Under the pieces are notes generated by a model. That model ran no database searches. It was not told the origin of the DNA and worked only from the letters and a program-made list of their open reading frames with translations. A DNA stretch of 64,000 nt from Kovacikia minuta CCNUW1 (GTDB lineage Bacteria; Cyanobacteriota; Cyanobacteriia; Leptolyngbyales; Leptolyngbyaceae): NCBI RefSeq assembly GCF_020091585.1, contig NZ_CP083582.1:4348536-4412535 (forward strand), written 5' to 3'. The translations under genes were made by a program, and so were the position numbers. Positions within the stretch are counted from its first letter, which is position 1. Each line of letters starts with the position of its first letter. This document shows, in pieces, positions 1-9,663 of the stretch.

Positions 1-100
1 TCTCAGCATCCAGTCCTCAGCCCTCAGCACCTTTAAAGCATGCCCCAGAGTCCAGGAAACCTGGAACATATCCCTTGCCCATCACTGGATATAAGTGAAC

Positions 101-152
101 CTTCCCCCTTCCCCTTTCCCTTTCCCCTTCCCCCTTCCCCTTCCCCTTCCCC
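101..152. repeat. Polypyrimidine (CCCCTT/CCCTTT)n simple repeat just upstream of the oxygenase start
   Basis: Direct read of 'cttcccccttcccctttccctttccccttcccccttccccttccccttcccc'. The six-frame ORFs over it (33..224, 40..255, and the N-terminal extension of 95..) translate to P/F/L/S low complexity. Confidence 0.7.
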
Positions 153-166
153 TAAAGGATTTTTCC

Positions 167-1597
167 ATGCTGACCACCCTTCAGCCCAGCCACCCCTTAA
201 GTTGGCCAAAGGCAATCCTGCCACCCGCCAAAGAGTTTGGTCCCACTTCCCTTAAAGTTCTTTCTGGAGCTATTCCTGCTGGATTACGAGGTTCACTCTA
301 CCGCAATGGTCCTGCCCGATTGGAGCGAGGCGGGCAAACTGTTGGGCACTGGTTTGATGGCGATGGGGGCATTTTGGGACTGCACTTTACTGAGGTTGGA
401 GCCACAGGCATCTACCGCTACGTTCAAACAGAAGGCTACCAGGCTGAGGAAGCAGCAGGGCGATACCTGTTTAGTGGTTACGGTATGTTGCCGCCCGGAC
501 CGATCTGGAATCGGTTCACCAAAGACCTCAAAAATGCTGCCAACACCTCCGTGCTGGCTTTACCCGACAAACTGCTGGCACTGTGGGAAGGGGGCGAACC
601 CCATGCCTTGGATCTGGATAGCTTAAACACCCTGGGCTTAGACGACCTGGGGGGTATAGCAGGATTACCCTACTCTGCCCACCCCAAGCGCGACCCCCAG
701 ACGGGCGCGATTTTTAACTTTGGGGTTAGCCTTGGCAAGAACGGTACGCTCAATGTATACCGCAGTGATGCCAGCGGTAAAATCTGTCAAAAAGGTGCGA
801 TCGCCCTCAACGGTCTGCCCCTGATCCACGACTTTGTGTTGGCGGGCAGCTATCTCGTCTTCTGCATCTCCCCTGTCAGGCTGAATGCATTGCCCCTTCT
901 GGTCAAGCTGAAAAGCTTCAGTGATGCGCTAGAGTGGCATCCGGAAAAGGGAACCGAAGTGATAGTGATCGATCGTGAAACCCTAACAATGGTCAGCCGC
1001 TTTGAAACCGATCCCTGGTACCAGTGGCACTTCGGCAATGGCTATTCATTGGCAGATGGTTCTGTCGTTCTGGAAATGGTGCGCTATGAAGACTTCCAGA
1101 CCAACCGCCGGTTAAAGGAAATCATTACTGGGGAAATTCAGACTGGCGCGATCGCCACCCTCTGGCAACTCCGCTTTGACCCCAAATCGGGTAAGGTAAT
1201 CGAAATCCAACAAATTCTCGATCGCAGTTGTGAATTTCCAGTGGTCAACCCCAACCAGGTTGGGCAACCATCCCGCTTTACCTATCTGAACCTGCATCGG
1301 AAAGCAGCAGATATACGCAAGGATCACTTTGGGGCGATCGCTCGCTTCGACCACCAAACCGAAACCCTCACCGAAGCCGACCTGGGTGAAAACCGCTACC
1401 CAATGGAACCAATCTACGCTCCCGATGCCCACAATCCTGACCAGGGCTGGATTTTAACCGTTGTTTACGATGGCAACACAGACAGCAGTGAAGCCTGGAT
1501 TTATAACGCAGCCTATCTAGACAACGAACCCGTTTGCCGATTGGCACTTCCCGTTGTCGTTCCCCTTGGTTTTCATGGCACCTGGAAACCCGCCTGA
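167..1597 (+). CDS. Carotenoid cleavage oxygenase (RPE65/CCD family; apocarotenoid oxygenase-like)
   Basis: Long ORF 95..1597. Motifs 'HWFDGDGGILGLHF', 'SAHPKRDP', 'FHGTW' are typical of the carotenoid oxygenase family. The likely real start is the ATG at 167 (MLTTLQP...), which is in frame and lies after the low-complexity repeat. Confidence 0.85.
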   Translation: MLTTLQPSHPLSWPKAILPPAKEFGPTSLKVLSGAIPAGLRGSLYRNGPARLERGGQTVGHWFDGDGGILGLHFTEVGATGIYRYVQTEGYQAEEAAGRYLFSGYGMLPPGPIWNRFTKDLKNAANTSVLALPDKLLALWEGGEPHALDLDSLNTLGLDDLGGIAGLPYSAHPKRDPQTGAIFNFGVSLGKNGTLNVYRSDASGKICQKGAIALNGLPLIHDFVLAGSYLVFCISPVRLNALPLLVKLKSFSDALEWHPEKGTEVIVIDRETLTMVSRFETDPWYQWHFGNGYSLADGSVVLEMVRYEDFQTNRRLKEIITGEIQTGAIATLWQLRFDPKSGKVIEIQQILDRSCEFPVVNPNQVGQPSRFTYLNLHRKAADIRKDHFGAIARFDHQTETLTEADLGENRYPMEPIYAPDAHNPDQGWILTVVYDGNTDSSEAWIYNAAYLDNEPVCRLALPVVVPLGFHGTWKPA

Positions 1598-1881
1598 ACA
1601 GAGGCGAGGGGATGAAGGAGTTTTGAATTTTAAGTTTTGAATTGGAGCAGGAGGAAGGGGAAATGAATGTTCTCCCCCATCTTGCCCACCTTCTTCATCT
1701 TCTCTCTCTTCCAACTCCTGATACCGATTTAAATGAACTTCTGGGCAAATGCGAACAATCGTAGCGATTGTCTTGAAAGTCAAGCGGAATTGAGAAGAAA
1801 GTTACGCCCTCTAAACAGGCATGACAATTGGGCGGCTCTGGGGGGTCGTTGAGTTGACAATCGGATAGTTGAGAGGCTTGA

Positions 1882-2720
1882 CTAAACCGGGGCTTGCCAA
1901 AGGGTGTTGTCGCGGATCATGGCGTTCAGGATGACCAGGAGCTTACGCATACAAGCCACCAGGGTGACGAGTTTGAGTTTGCCTTTATGCCGAGTCGCCA
2001 CTCCAGGTTGCCATGTACAAGCCACAGCGAACCCGAGTGCGTCCACCTGCAATGCTGCGTTTGCCCTTGTGTTTACCACTGTCGTGATTGATGGGGGCAA
2101 CGCCTACCAACCAAGCGATCTGTTTTTCGGAGAGCTGACCGAGTTCGGGAAGTTCCACCAAACAGAGGGCGGCTGTGACCGGACCGACGCCTTTAACTGA
2201 CTGCAAAATCTTGTTTTTGGGCTGCCAGTCGGCTTGCTGTTGTCCGAGGGTTTGAATGTGCTGATTCAATGACTCAATGCGTTGCTCCAGGTGTTTGAGA
2301 TGGTCTTCAATGTCAGCTTGAACGATGTTTGGGGCGCGGCTCAAACGGTTTTTCTCCGCGACCTGGATGTTCACCAATTGCTGACGGCGATGCATCAAGT
2401 CACTCAACTGTTGGGCGGAGGCTGCAATCATTGCTTGGGGTTGCAACTTCACACTTTGAGCAAAGTGGGCAATCACTTCGGCATCGAGTTTGTCCGTCTT
2501 CGCTTTGCCTAGAACGCCGGTACAGAAACCGGGTTTCTGCTGTGAGATGCTCAATTTTCGCTGAATATCCTCACCAGAAACCCGGTTTCTCGAAATACTG
2601 TACCGATGCTCTAGCGCAATGGCAAATCCTTTCACTTTGCGAGGATTGATGATCGCGACTGGAATCGCCGCCTGTGGTTTTTTGGCCCTTTGAAAACTCG
2701 TCCTTGCACATGCGAGATCT
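1882..2720 (-). pseudogene. IS110-family (DEDD) transposase remnant: 5'-truncated, frameshifted near 1985-2100, and interrupted by a MITE
   Basis: ORF 1985..2635 translates to '...INPRKVKGFAIALEH[..insert..]KAKTDKLDAEVIAHF...GVGPVTAALCLVELPELGQL...'. These are IS110 N-terminal and C-terminal signatures. The expected C-terminus ('ALQVDALGFAV...VACMRKLLVILNAMIRDN') lies in a different frame (ORF 1882..2100). The reading frame upstream of 2635 reaches a stop without a start codon. A ~100 bp MITE sits in-frame at about 2510-2613. Confidence 0.7.
2510..2613. mobile_element. MITE copy 1 (~105 bp, 'tagaacgccggtacag...ctgtaccgatgctctag' ends), nested inside the IS110 transposase remnant
   Basis: Near-identical copies at 18093..18198 and 50397..50508. 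The imperfect TIR is ctagaaCGCcggtacag / ctagaGCATcggtacag. Internally there are two 16-bp palindromes (agaaaccgggtttct). Confidence 0.65.
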
Positions 2721-2971
2721 CACTCTCTAGCAATTGTTCGAGTTTGGATCATCGGGCAGACAGCGTGGCTCCAAGCGCTACCAATCGGTGTCAAACACCT
2801 TGGGGGAACTGGATGACCACGCTCTTGATAAAATTACAGGCACCCTCGCTACGCAGCGATGTTTGGGCATCCAGGGGCGGGACGGGTTACCTACCGCTGA
2901 AAGATACAAGGGGCGGGTTTAGCAGACCAAACTGCACGCGAATGGCACTGAAATAAGCAAAAACTAGGCGT

Positions 2972-3008
2972 CCAGATCCCCGGATTCTTCAAGAATCCGG
3001 GGATCTAA
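2972..3008. repeat. Perfect 33-bp palindrome 'agatccccggattcttcaagaatccggggatct' (small hairpin repeat family)
   Basis: Direct read. Related hairpins with AGATCCCCGGxTTCT arms occur at 6026..6095 and 32925..32990. Confidence 0.55.
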
Positions 3009-3383
3009 AATCCCTTAAGTCAGTGCCATTCAACTGCACGCCGTCATTGATTTGACCGCAAAACCCGCCCCTACCAAATCTCGAACTTATTGAATTCCCG
3101 TTCCTAAGGACAATCCTGAGGACAGCCTTCAGGAAGAATCCTATCTTTTTAGAGACGGCTGGACTCTTGGCTGACCAACCGTTCACCCATGCTATGTCCT
3201 CAGGATAGTCATGTGGAGAGATCTACCGCTCGAATCGCGTCAGTCCCGTCGGTCTAGAATGGAGTGGTTCAGCTTGATCAGACTGCTTCAAGATCGCTCT
3301 AATGAAGGAGATTGATTCTCTTCAATCACGTCAACATTGGATTGGAGCGATACGGCTGAGCTGCTGTTGATTACTCCAGACCA

Positions 3384-4019
3384 TTGTTATTTAACACCGT
3401 TGTGTTCCCACCACCCATCATGTCTTCTTTAATCGTTCCGTTTAGGCGCATACTTGCGATCGCGATCGCGTCCAGTAGTGTTTTATTGGTTGCCCCGGCT
3501 GCCCCGGCTGCCGAGGAAGTTGTTTTTCGTTATGGCATCTTTCGTCAGCGACTTGCGGTTTCTGAGCTAACCGACTTTGCCGAGACTGGCGAAATTTCGC
3601 CAGTTCTTCAACGTTATCTGAAGCGGGCAAATAGTGACCCTGAGTCGGTGCGAGAGACTTTAACACGACCGATCGAGATCAATCACAACGTCCTGGATAA
3701 TGCGTTGAACAATCCGGGGGGCGATCGAATGTTGGATGAGTTGGGCAAGATGATTCAAACCCCAAACGATGAGAATAATCGTGAAGCCCTACGGACTGCC
3801 CTGATTAAAGCCACCGAAAACGATAACAGGTTAACCTTGCTGGAGGTGATTCAAAACTATCCGACGGATGAAATTCATTTAGATGTGAAACGTGCGATCA
3901 AAACCTACAACCGTCTTGCTGAATATCAGGGTCCTATTCAACAAGCGCTTGATGGTGCAGAATCTCTCCGCCGGATTTTGAAAAATCAAGGTGTCAACCT
4001 GCCCAATATTTTGAAGTAA
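3384..4019 (+). CDS. Hypothetical secreted protein (signal-peptide-like N-terminus)
   Basis: 211-aa ORF. The N-terminus 'MSSLIVPFRRILAIAIASSSVLLVAPAAPAA' looks like a signal peptide. I recognise no confident domain. The true start may be the internal Met at about 3420. Confidence 0.45.
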   Translation: MLFNTVVFPPPIMSSLIVPFRRILAIAIASSSVLLVAPAAPAAEEVVFRYGIFRQRLAVSELTDFAETGEISPVLQRYLKRANSDPESVRETLTRPIEINHNVLDNALNNPGGDRMLDELGKMIQTPNDENNREALRTALIKATENDNRLTLLEVIQNYPTDEIHLDVKRAIKTYNRLAEYQGPIQQALDGAESLRRILKNQGVNLPNILK

Positions 4020-4054
4020 TAAGAGCTTTCAGCGGTCAGCAATTAAAAACTGGC

Positions 4055-4789
4055 TTATCGTTTAACTAAAAGTCCGGGTGTTTTCTGAATCGGCAGAACA
4101 TCCAGCAGATCAGTCTGAGCACAGTATTGCAGGTCTTCGTGGCAGTCCAGGCGCAGGAGCCGCTTGCCATGAGTAGCGTTGTGCAATAAACCCAGGAGAT
4201 TGTCTTGCCACTCCCGGTAGAGTGCAACAGCCCCAAGTACCTCGTCATTTCCGGCGAGTTCTTCCACGGAGCAGTTGAGTCCTTCTAAAAGGCTGGCGGC
4301 GATCGCCCCAGCACAAACCGTATCCTCTAGCGAAAAAGCGCCTTCCCACCCCGAACCCACAATCCACACTGTTTCTGGCTTCTGCTCAAGCAGATATTGC
4401 ACGACGGCTTGGCGGTTAATGAGTGCTGCTGCCAGAACTTTAGGGGCTGCCTCAACACATTGCAATGCCCTCGTTCCATTGGTGGTGCTAATAAATAACC
4501 GACGCCCTCCGACTCGTTCTGGGGTGCAGTCTAGGGGGGAGTTGCCAAAGTCGAAGCCATCAACCCGTGCACCGCCTCGCTCACCTGCACGAATTCGTTT
4601 GTCCGGTGACCAGTCCTGGCTGACTTTCAGGAGCTTATCCAAATCACTGAAAACCTGGACGGCTTCTGCACCTGCGGCGAGCGCCGTGACAATGGTACTG
4701 GTCGCTCGCAATACATCGATCGCGATTGCACAGTCAGCAACCGTTGTTGCTGGTGTTAGTTCGGGGGTATGGAAAATAAACAGCTTCAT
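4055..4789 (-). CDS. 2-phosphosulfolactate phosphatase (ComB) family protein
   Basis: 244-aa ORF with '[17 protein letters not shown]...GERGG...GFDFGNSP...[10 protein letters not shown]', matching the ComB-family pattern. Confidence 0.65.
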   Translation of the reverse strand: MKLFIFHTPELTPATTVADCAIAIDVLRATSTIVTALAAGAEAVQVFSDLDKLLKVSQDWSPDKRIRAGERGGARVDGFDFGNSPLDCTPERVGGRRLFISTTNGTRALQCVEAAPKVLAAALINRQAVVQYLLEQKPETVWIVGSGWEGAFSLEDTVCAGAIAASLLEGLNCSVEELAGNDEVLGAVALYREWQDNLLGLLHNATHGKRLLRLDCHEDLQYCAQTDLLDVLPIQKTPGLLVKR

Positions 4790-4912
4790 AATCAGAAAGA
4801 GAAGGAAGAGTAATTACTTAACATTGACAACAGCACTTTGACGAATAGCACATTTGAATTCGAGATTGCTTCCCTTCCGATTCCTTCCTAAAATAAACCA
4901 ATTCGGAGTCGA

Positions 4913-5884
4913 TTGACGATCGAATCCCGCTGCCTCGGAGGAATCATGACTGACCGCTCCATTATTCTGGGTATCGTTGGCGACAGTGCTGCTGGTAAAA
5001 CAACCTTAACCAAAGGGATTGCCCAATTTTTGGGACCAGAAAACGTTACCATTATCTGCACCGACGACTACCACCGCTACGATCGCAAACAGCGTGCTGA
5101 ACTCGGAATTACAGCCCTGCATCCCGATTGCAACTATCTGGATATCATGCAGCAGCACCTATCGCTGCTGCGCGCCGGGCAACCCATTCTGAAGCCTATC
5201 TATAACCACACAACTGGAACCTTTGACCCACCCGAATATATTAAGCCCAATCGATTTGTGATCGTAGAGGGTTTGCTCGGTTATTCAACCCGAGGTGCCC
5301 GTGAAGCCTACGATGTTAAAGTCTACCTGGCTCCCCCCGAAGACCTGCGCGCAAAGTGGAAGGTCAAGCGGGACACCCAAAAGCGGGGTTACAACGAAGA
5401 ACAAGTCCTGGCTGAGATGGCAAAGCGGGAACCCGACTCCGAAAATTTTATTCGTCCCCAAAGGCAGTGGGCGGATCTGGTTGTGACCTTCTACCCACCC
5501 GAAGGGCAGAGTGGGGATAACGGCGGACACCTCAATGTGCGGCTTGTGCTGAGACCCAATATTCCCCACCCTGACCTGACCCAGGTGGTCGATCCAAAGT
5601 CCCAGTATTCAAATGCTGCAATTCGCCTGGGACTCGATCGGGATATGAGCAAGCCAGTCGATGTCCTGGAAATTGATGGTCATGCCACTAGCGATCAAGT
5701 TGCGGAGCTAGAGCATTTTATCTGTGGAGACATTCCTCACCTGCTCAACATCTGCAACCGGGATATGAACCCCGAACTGGGTAAGGTGACGGGCACCACG
5801 GGAGAAACCCTCCAGAGCTACCCGCTGGCACTCACCCAACTCCTGGTAGCCTTTCACATGTTGAAAGCGACCCAGGGGCACTAG
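4913..5884 (+). CDS. Phosphoribulokinase/uridine kinase family protein (divergent PRK paralog)
   Basis: P-loop 'GIVGDSAAGKTTL', 'ICTDDYHRYDR', 'KPIYNHTTGTFDPPE', 'VIVEGLL'. Collinear with cyanobacterial PRK but divergent. The start is possibly the Met at 4946 (MTDRSIIL). Confidence 0.8.
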   Translation: MTIESRCLGGIMTDRSIILGIVGDSAAGKTTLTKGIAQFLGPENVTIICTDDYHRYDRKQRAELGITALHPDCNYLDIMQQHLSLLRAGQPILKPIYNHTTGTFDPPEYIKPNRFVIVEGLLGYSTRGAREAYDVKVYLAPPEDLRAKWKVKRDTQKRGYNEEQVLAEMAKREPDSENFIRPQRQWADLVVTFYPPEGQSGDNGGHLNVRLVLRPNIPHPDLTQVVDPKSQYSNAAIRLGLDRDMSKPVDVLEIDGHATSDQVAELEHFICGDIPHLLNICNRDMNPELGKVTGTTGETLQSYPLALTQLLVAFHMLKATQGH

Positions 5885-6025
5885 GAATTAAGAATTAAGA
5901 ATTATGAATTTTGAATGATGGAAATCTAATCTAAAGCAGTTCATGCGGTGTACGCTCTGGCATTAGAGATACTCACACGGCATGAACTCATAATTCTTGA
6001 TTTACATAGTGGGTCAATTGGGGTT

Positions 6026-6095
6026 GAGATCCCCGGTTTCTCGTTGAGCTTAATTCAATTCACAGGATTACTTTGCCAGAAACCGGGGATCTGAG
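6026..6095. repeat. MITE-like hairpin element with 15-bp perfect TIR (agatccccggtttct) next to tRNA-Ser
   Basis: 'gagatccccggtttctcg...cagaaaccggggatctgag'. Flanked by about 33-bp similar direct repeats (actcacacggcatgaactcataattcttgatt / actcacagatggcatgaattcaaaatccttaatt). Confidence 0.55.
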
Positions 6096-6141
6096 AAGAC
6101 TCACAGATGGCATGAATTCAAAATCCTTAATTTTCCTTCAA

Positions 6142-6226
6142 CGGAGAGGGAGGGATTCGAACCCTCGGTCCCTTGCGGGACACTCGATTTCAAGTCGAGC
6201 GCATTCGACCACTCTGCCACCTCTCC
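6142..6226 (-). tRNA. tRNA-Ser (anticodon UGA)
   Basis: The reverse complement folds manually into a cloverleaf. Acceptor stem GGAGAGG/CCTCTCC, anticodon loop CTTGAAA (TGA), long variable arm, T-arm GAGGGTTCGAATCCCTC. CCA is not encoded. Confidence 0.9.
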
Positions 6227-6411
6227 ATACCGCGCTGCTTTTTGGGTTTTACTTGTTCCTGATCCGGGTAGCGTCCTTGAGTTTGTCTCTGGTTAACAAC
6301 CTGGATCGACAGTGAACCGCCAAGCATTCTTCAGACCTTATCTAGGTTAGCACCTATCCTTCTTGAGTTAGCACTGGTGACGATCGAAGCAAGGCGATGG
6401 CAATCTCACCC

Positions 6412-8154
6412 CTATCTCTCAGCCGGACTGACCCGGAGAGGAAGCTGAATCGTAAAGGTCACCTGATTGGCTTCACTGTCAACCTGAATCGTGCCTCCTA
6501 ACTGTTCCACCAGTTTTTTCACTAAGGCTAATCCCAACCCTGTCCCTCCATGTTTCCAGGGGTCGTTTCCAGAAACCCGGTAGAATCGGTCAAAAATGCG
6601 GGAACGATCGCTGGCAGACAGTTCAATCCCTGTGTTGCTTACCTTTAACTCCATCCCAGCCGCCGTTGACTGAGTCCCAACTGTAATTATTCCTCCGGCA
6701 GGGGTATATTTGCAGGCGTTATTCAGCAACTCACTCAAAATTCTTTCTAAATACGAAATATCTGTAGAGACGGGAGGCAACTCCGAGTCCAGATCAAAAT
6801 GCAACTGTTGTTGCTGGCTATGAGCACGCTCAATAAAAGGTTTGGCGATGCAAAAAATCCAAACCTGGGGATCAATCGTTGTCATCATTAAAGGGTCAAC
6901 TTCTGCATCCAACCGGGCTAAATCGAGCAAGTCATTGATCAGGTTGACTTCCCGTTGACACTCATCTTGCAGAATCTGGAAGTATCGACTAACTTTGTTT
7001 GGCTGAGTATCAAACAAGCCTGCCTGCCGCAAAATGATTTCTAGCATCTGAATTGCCAACTTAATGCTAGACATCGGCGTCCGGAGTTCGTGGGAGACGG
7101 TATTGAGGAAATCATCCTTGAGTTGGTTCAGCTTTTCCAGTTCCCTCACCTGGGCCTGCGCTGCCTGGTATAGTCTTGCCTGCCGAAGGGCAATGGCGCA
7201 CTGATTGGCAACCTGTTGTACCAGACGGAACTCCATCTCGCTGAAAATGTGGTGCTTTCCACATTTAAGCAACCACAGATCCCCAATCACTCCCTGATCG
7301 TCAAAAATAGGGCAAGCCAGAAAGGTTGTAGGTCCTTTGATGGGGCGGATTGGACTGGGGGCATTTTCACAAAACTGGATACACTGTCCCTGGAGAAGTT
7401 GAGCATGAATTCCATGAAAGGGCGTTCCCAGGGAGACAACACAGCCGACGGCTGAAGGGATCAACGGTGTGATGTATTCGTAACAGATGGTAGAGTTTTC
7501 CTGGTCAAAATCGTACAGTCCCGTATCACAACAATCTACCCCTAAGCCTTGTCCTATTTCCTGGACAACAGTTTGCAAAATTTGGTTTTCGTCTAAGCTA
7601 TCCCGCACCTTGTCTGTAATGCGTTTGAGCGTGGTGTCAAATGCCACTGCCCGTAGCAACAATTCTGTCCGTTCTTGAATTTGATGCTCTAGATTCGTTT
7701 CTAATGCCTGACGTTGGTTGATTGAACTTTCCAACTCAGAAATTTGCCACCGCAAAGCTGCAACTACTTCTAGAAGTTGCTCTTTGGTTTTATCTTCGTC
7801 ATTCATCCGGCTGAACCTATTACCTCTTTGCAACTGTACCAGGAAGAACCTCTCAGAGTGAGCCGCCGATGGGACATAACCCATCCCTTCCGTTTTTGCA
7901 TTCCAGGTCTGAACGGACGATTCTGTAATACTGGCTAAACTCCTTGCAGAGTGAAGCATTGAGCATCCTATCGCCATGTTTTTCAGTACCTGTTGACTCC
8001 TCATTGTTCCCCAGGTACTGGTCGTTTCTTCATGGAGGTCAGTTGTCACCCGATCGTCAGTCTTTGTTTTGAAAGGGGTTGTTTTCCTATGCTTCTCCTG
8101 TTCTTCTCGATCGCCTTCTACTATCAAAACCATCCGGTTAGAAGAGGTGGTCAA
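6412..8154 (-). CDS. GAF-domain sensor histidine kinase
   Basis: H-box 'HELRTPMSSIKLAIQML' and HATPase 'GGTGLGLALVKKLVEQLGGTI'. The N-terminal half is coiled-coil plus GAF. The start is uncertain; internal Mets at about 7805 and about 7990 are possible. Confidence 0.8.
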   Translation of the reverse strand: MTTSSNRMVLIVEGDREEQEKHRKTTPFKTKTDDRVTTDLHEETTSTWGTMRSQQVLKNMAIGCSMLHSARSLASITESSVQTWNAKTEGMGYVPSAAHSERFFLVQLQRGNRFSRMNDEDKTKEQLLEVVAALRWQISELESSINQRQALETNLEHQIQERTELLLRAVAFDTTLKRITDKVRDSLDENQILQTVVQEIGQGLGVDCCDTGLYDFDQENSTICYEYITPLIPSAVGCVVSLGTPFHGIHAQLLQGQCIQFCENAPSPIRPIKGPTTFLACPIFDDQGVIGDLWLLKCGKHHIFSEMEFRLVQQVANQCAIALRQARLYQAAQAQVRELEKLNQLKDDFLNTVSHELRTPMSSIKLAIQMLEIILRQAGLFDTQPNKVSRYFQILQDECQREVNLINDLLDLARLDAEVDPLMMTTIDPQVWIFCIAKPFIERAHSQQQQLHFDLDSELPPVSTDISYLERILSELLNNACKYTPAGGIITVGTQSTAAGMELKVSNTGIELSASDRSRIFDRFYRVSGNDPWKHGGTGLGLALVKKLVEQLGGTIQVDSEANQVTFTIQLPLRVSPAER

Positions 8155-8156
8155 TA

Positions 8157-8564
8157 ATGGCTTCTATAGAAGACAACAAAAGAATCGCTCAACGGTGGCT
8201 CGAACTTGTGAGCGAACATGCCGTTGAGGAAATTTGCCAGATGACGGCTCCAACCTGGACAATGCATGGCGGTCCGCCAAAACTTCCTGCTGGGTCGGAG
8301 GGAGTCCGGGAACTTTTTCGACAAATTGGTTCTATCGATCAGACATGGACGATTGAAGACATGATTGCGGAGGGTGACAAAGTTGTGATACGAGCAACAA
8401 ACACCTGTGTCCAGGAAAACTTCCTTGGTATTCCTGGTCACGGGCGGCAGCAGGTTTTCACAGCAATGTTCATCCATCGAATTACTGACGGGGTAATTCA
8501 CGAAACCTGGCGAAATGCGGATGACCTTGGGCGAGTGCTTCAGCTTGGAGCGCGAATTGTCTGA
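8157..8564 (+). CDS. SnoaL-like / ester cyclase family protein
   Basis: 135 aa. 'NKRIAQRWLELVSEH...TMHGG...IEDMIAEGDKVVIRAT...TAMFIHRITDGVIHETW' fits the NTF2-like ester cyclase pattern. Confidence 0.55.
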   Translation: MASIEDNKRIAQRWLELVSEHAVEEICQMTAPTWTMHGGPPKLPAGSEGVRELFRQIGSIDQTWTIEDMIAEGDKVVIRATNTCVQENFLGIPGHGRQQVFTAMFIHRITDGVIHETWRNADDLGRVLQLGARIV

Positions 8565-8673
8565 ACAGATAACAGGTGTCAGGGGTTAGGTGTCAGGTAT
8601 CAGGGGAAAAATAGCCAATCACAAAAGGTTTCAGGGGTTACAGATACCCTGAGTTTTATGAATATGGCTATAT

Positions 8674-9126
8674 TCATACATTGGGTTGGTTGAATTGGGA
8701 TCTGACCTGATCAACGGCATCCGAAACTCCGGGTTGCTTTTGGGGTTCACGGGTGTACCACCACGCCCAGGCAATGAGGACGGCTTGAAACGGTAATCTG
8801 AACCAATAGAGCAGCGGGTGGTGGGGAATTCCTTCGATCGGAATGCTATTCAGTGCTTGATTAATGTTAGCGGGAAACACTGCAATAAACAGGGCAATCA
8901 ATCCCCAAGCAGCGGCGACACTCACCAATGGGATCAGCAAACCGATGCCACCTAAAATTTCAAAAACTCCGCTGATATATACTAAAGCGATCGGACCAGG
9001 AAGCTGAGGCGGCACAATTCTTGCGTACTGATCGGGTCTAATAAAGTGGGTAATTCCTACAATAATAATCGCGACTGCCAGAACACCTCGAAGAATTTCT
9101 TTACGTCGGTGAAGATTACTTTCCAT
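8674..9126 (-). CDS. DoxX-family small membrane protein
   Basis: 150 aa with 4 predicted TM helices and a 'GGIGLLIP...FPANI' DoxX-like pattern. Confidence 0.5.
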   Translation of the reverse strand: MESNLHRRKEILRGVLAVAIIIVGITHFIRPDQYARIVPPQLPGPIALVYISGVFEILGGIGLLIPLVSVAAAWGLIALFIAVFPANINQALNSIPIEGIPHHPLLYWFRLPFQAVLIAWAWWYTREPQKQPGVSDAVDQVRSQFNQPNV

Positions 9127-9522
9127 CGTTGCTATATTCCTTTTAAATTACTGTCAACGACTCGCTATAGCAGTCCTGAATCATTTGTGAAAAAGGGAGT
9201 TGTGAAAGTCTTTCTCTCCGGGAAAGTCCTTTTACAATCCAAATAGGATCACTCGATTAGCCACCAACTTTTTGTGGGTTGCTGATAGCTCATGCCAGGA
9301 TGATTTTTACAACTTAAATAACTCGCAAGGGCGATCGCTCAACAACGATTTCTGATTAGCTGACAAATCTCTAAGGGCAGGTTTAGCCAGTTTGCGACGC
9401 CGTACAGCCAGCATTTCGGCAAAACCTGCCCTTACAGTAGAATACGCCTTCTAGCACTTTTGTCAGTCAATCAACAAGATTCTCAAGCGATCGCCCAAAC
9501 TTTACTGAGATCTTGCAGCAGT

Positions 9523-9600
9523 CTCAGAAACCGGGTTTCTTGCGAGAATCAATGCGTGAAATCCCTGATATTTGGTTAAGAAACCCGGTTTCTCTACCCT
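9523..9600. repeat. MITE-related hairpin pair (cagaaaccgggtttct ... agaaacccggtttct)
   Basis: Same 16-bp palindromic arms as the 106-bp MITE family, with a different internal sequence. Confidence 0.5.
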
Positions 9601-9663
9601 TGTTGAGAATGGTGCAAGATGTGAGTTTACCTACTCTGCCTACAAATCGATCACCGACCCTGA

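Noticed and set aside
33-626. ORFs 33..224 (-), 40..255 (+), 237..626 (+) and the N-terminal 24 aa of ORF 95..1597
   Set aside because: These translate the polypyrimidine simple repeat or alternative frames of the carotenoid oxygenase gene. The oxygenase start was moved to the ATG at 167.
1600-1880. Possible ends or TIRs of the IS110 element and a small ORF 1517..1783 (-)
   Set aside because: IS110-family elements typically lack clear TIRs. The ORF overlaps the oxygenase 3' end and has a low-complexity translation.
4275-4841. 188-aa ORF antisense to the ComB-like gene, and similar long antisense ORFs (13386..13754, 19981..20517, 20740..21171, 46615..46959, 50687..51029)
   Set aside because: They are fully embedded in the opposite strand of well-supported genes in this GC-rich genome and have low-complexity Arg/Pro/Ser-rich translations typical of antisense frames.
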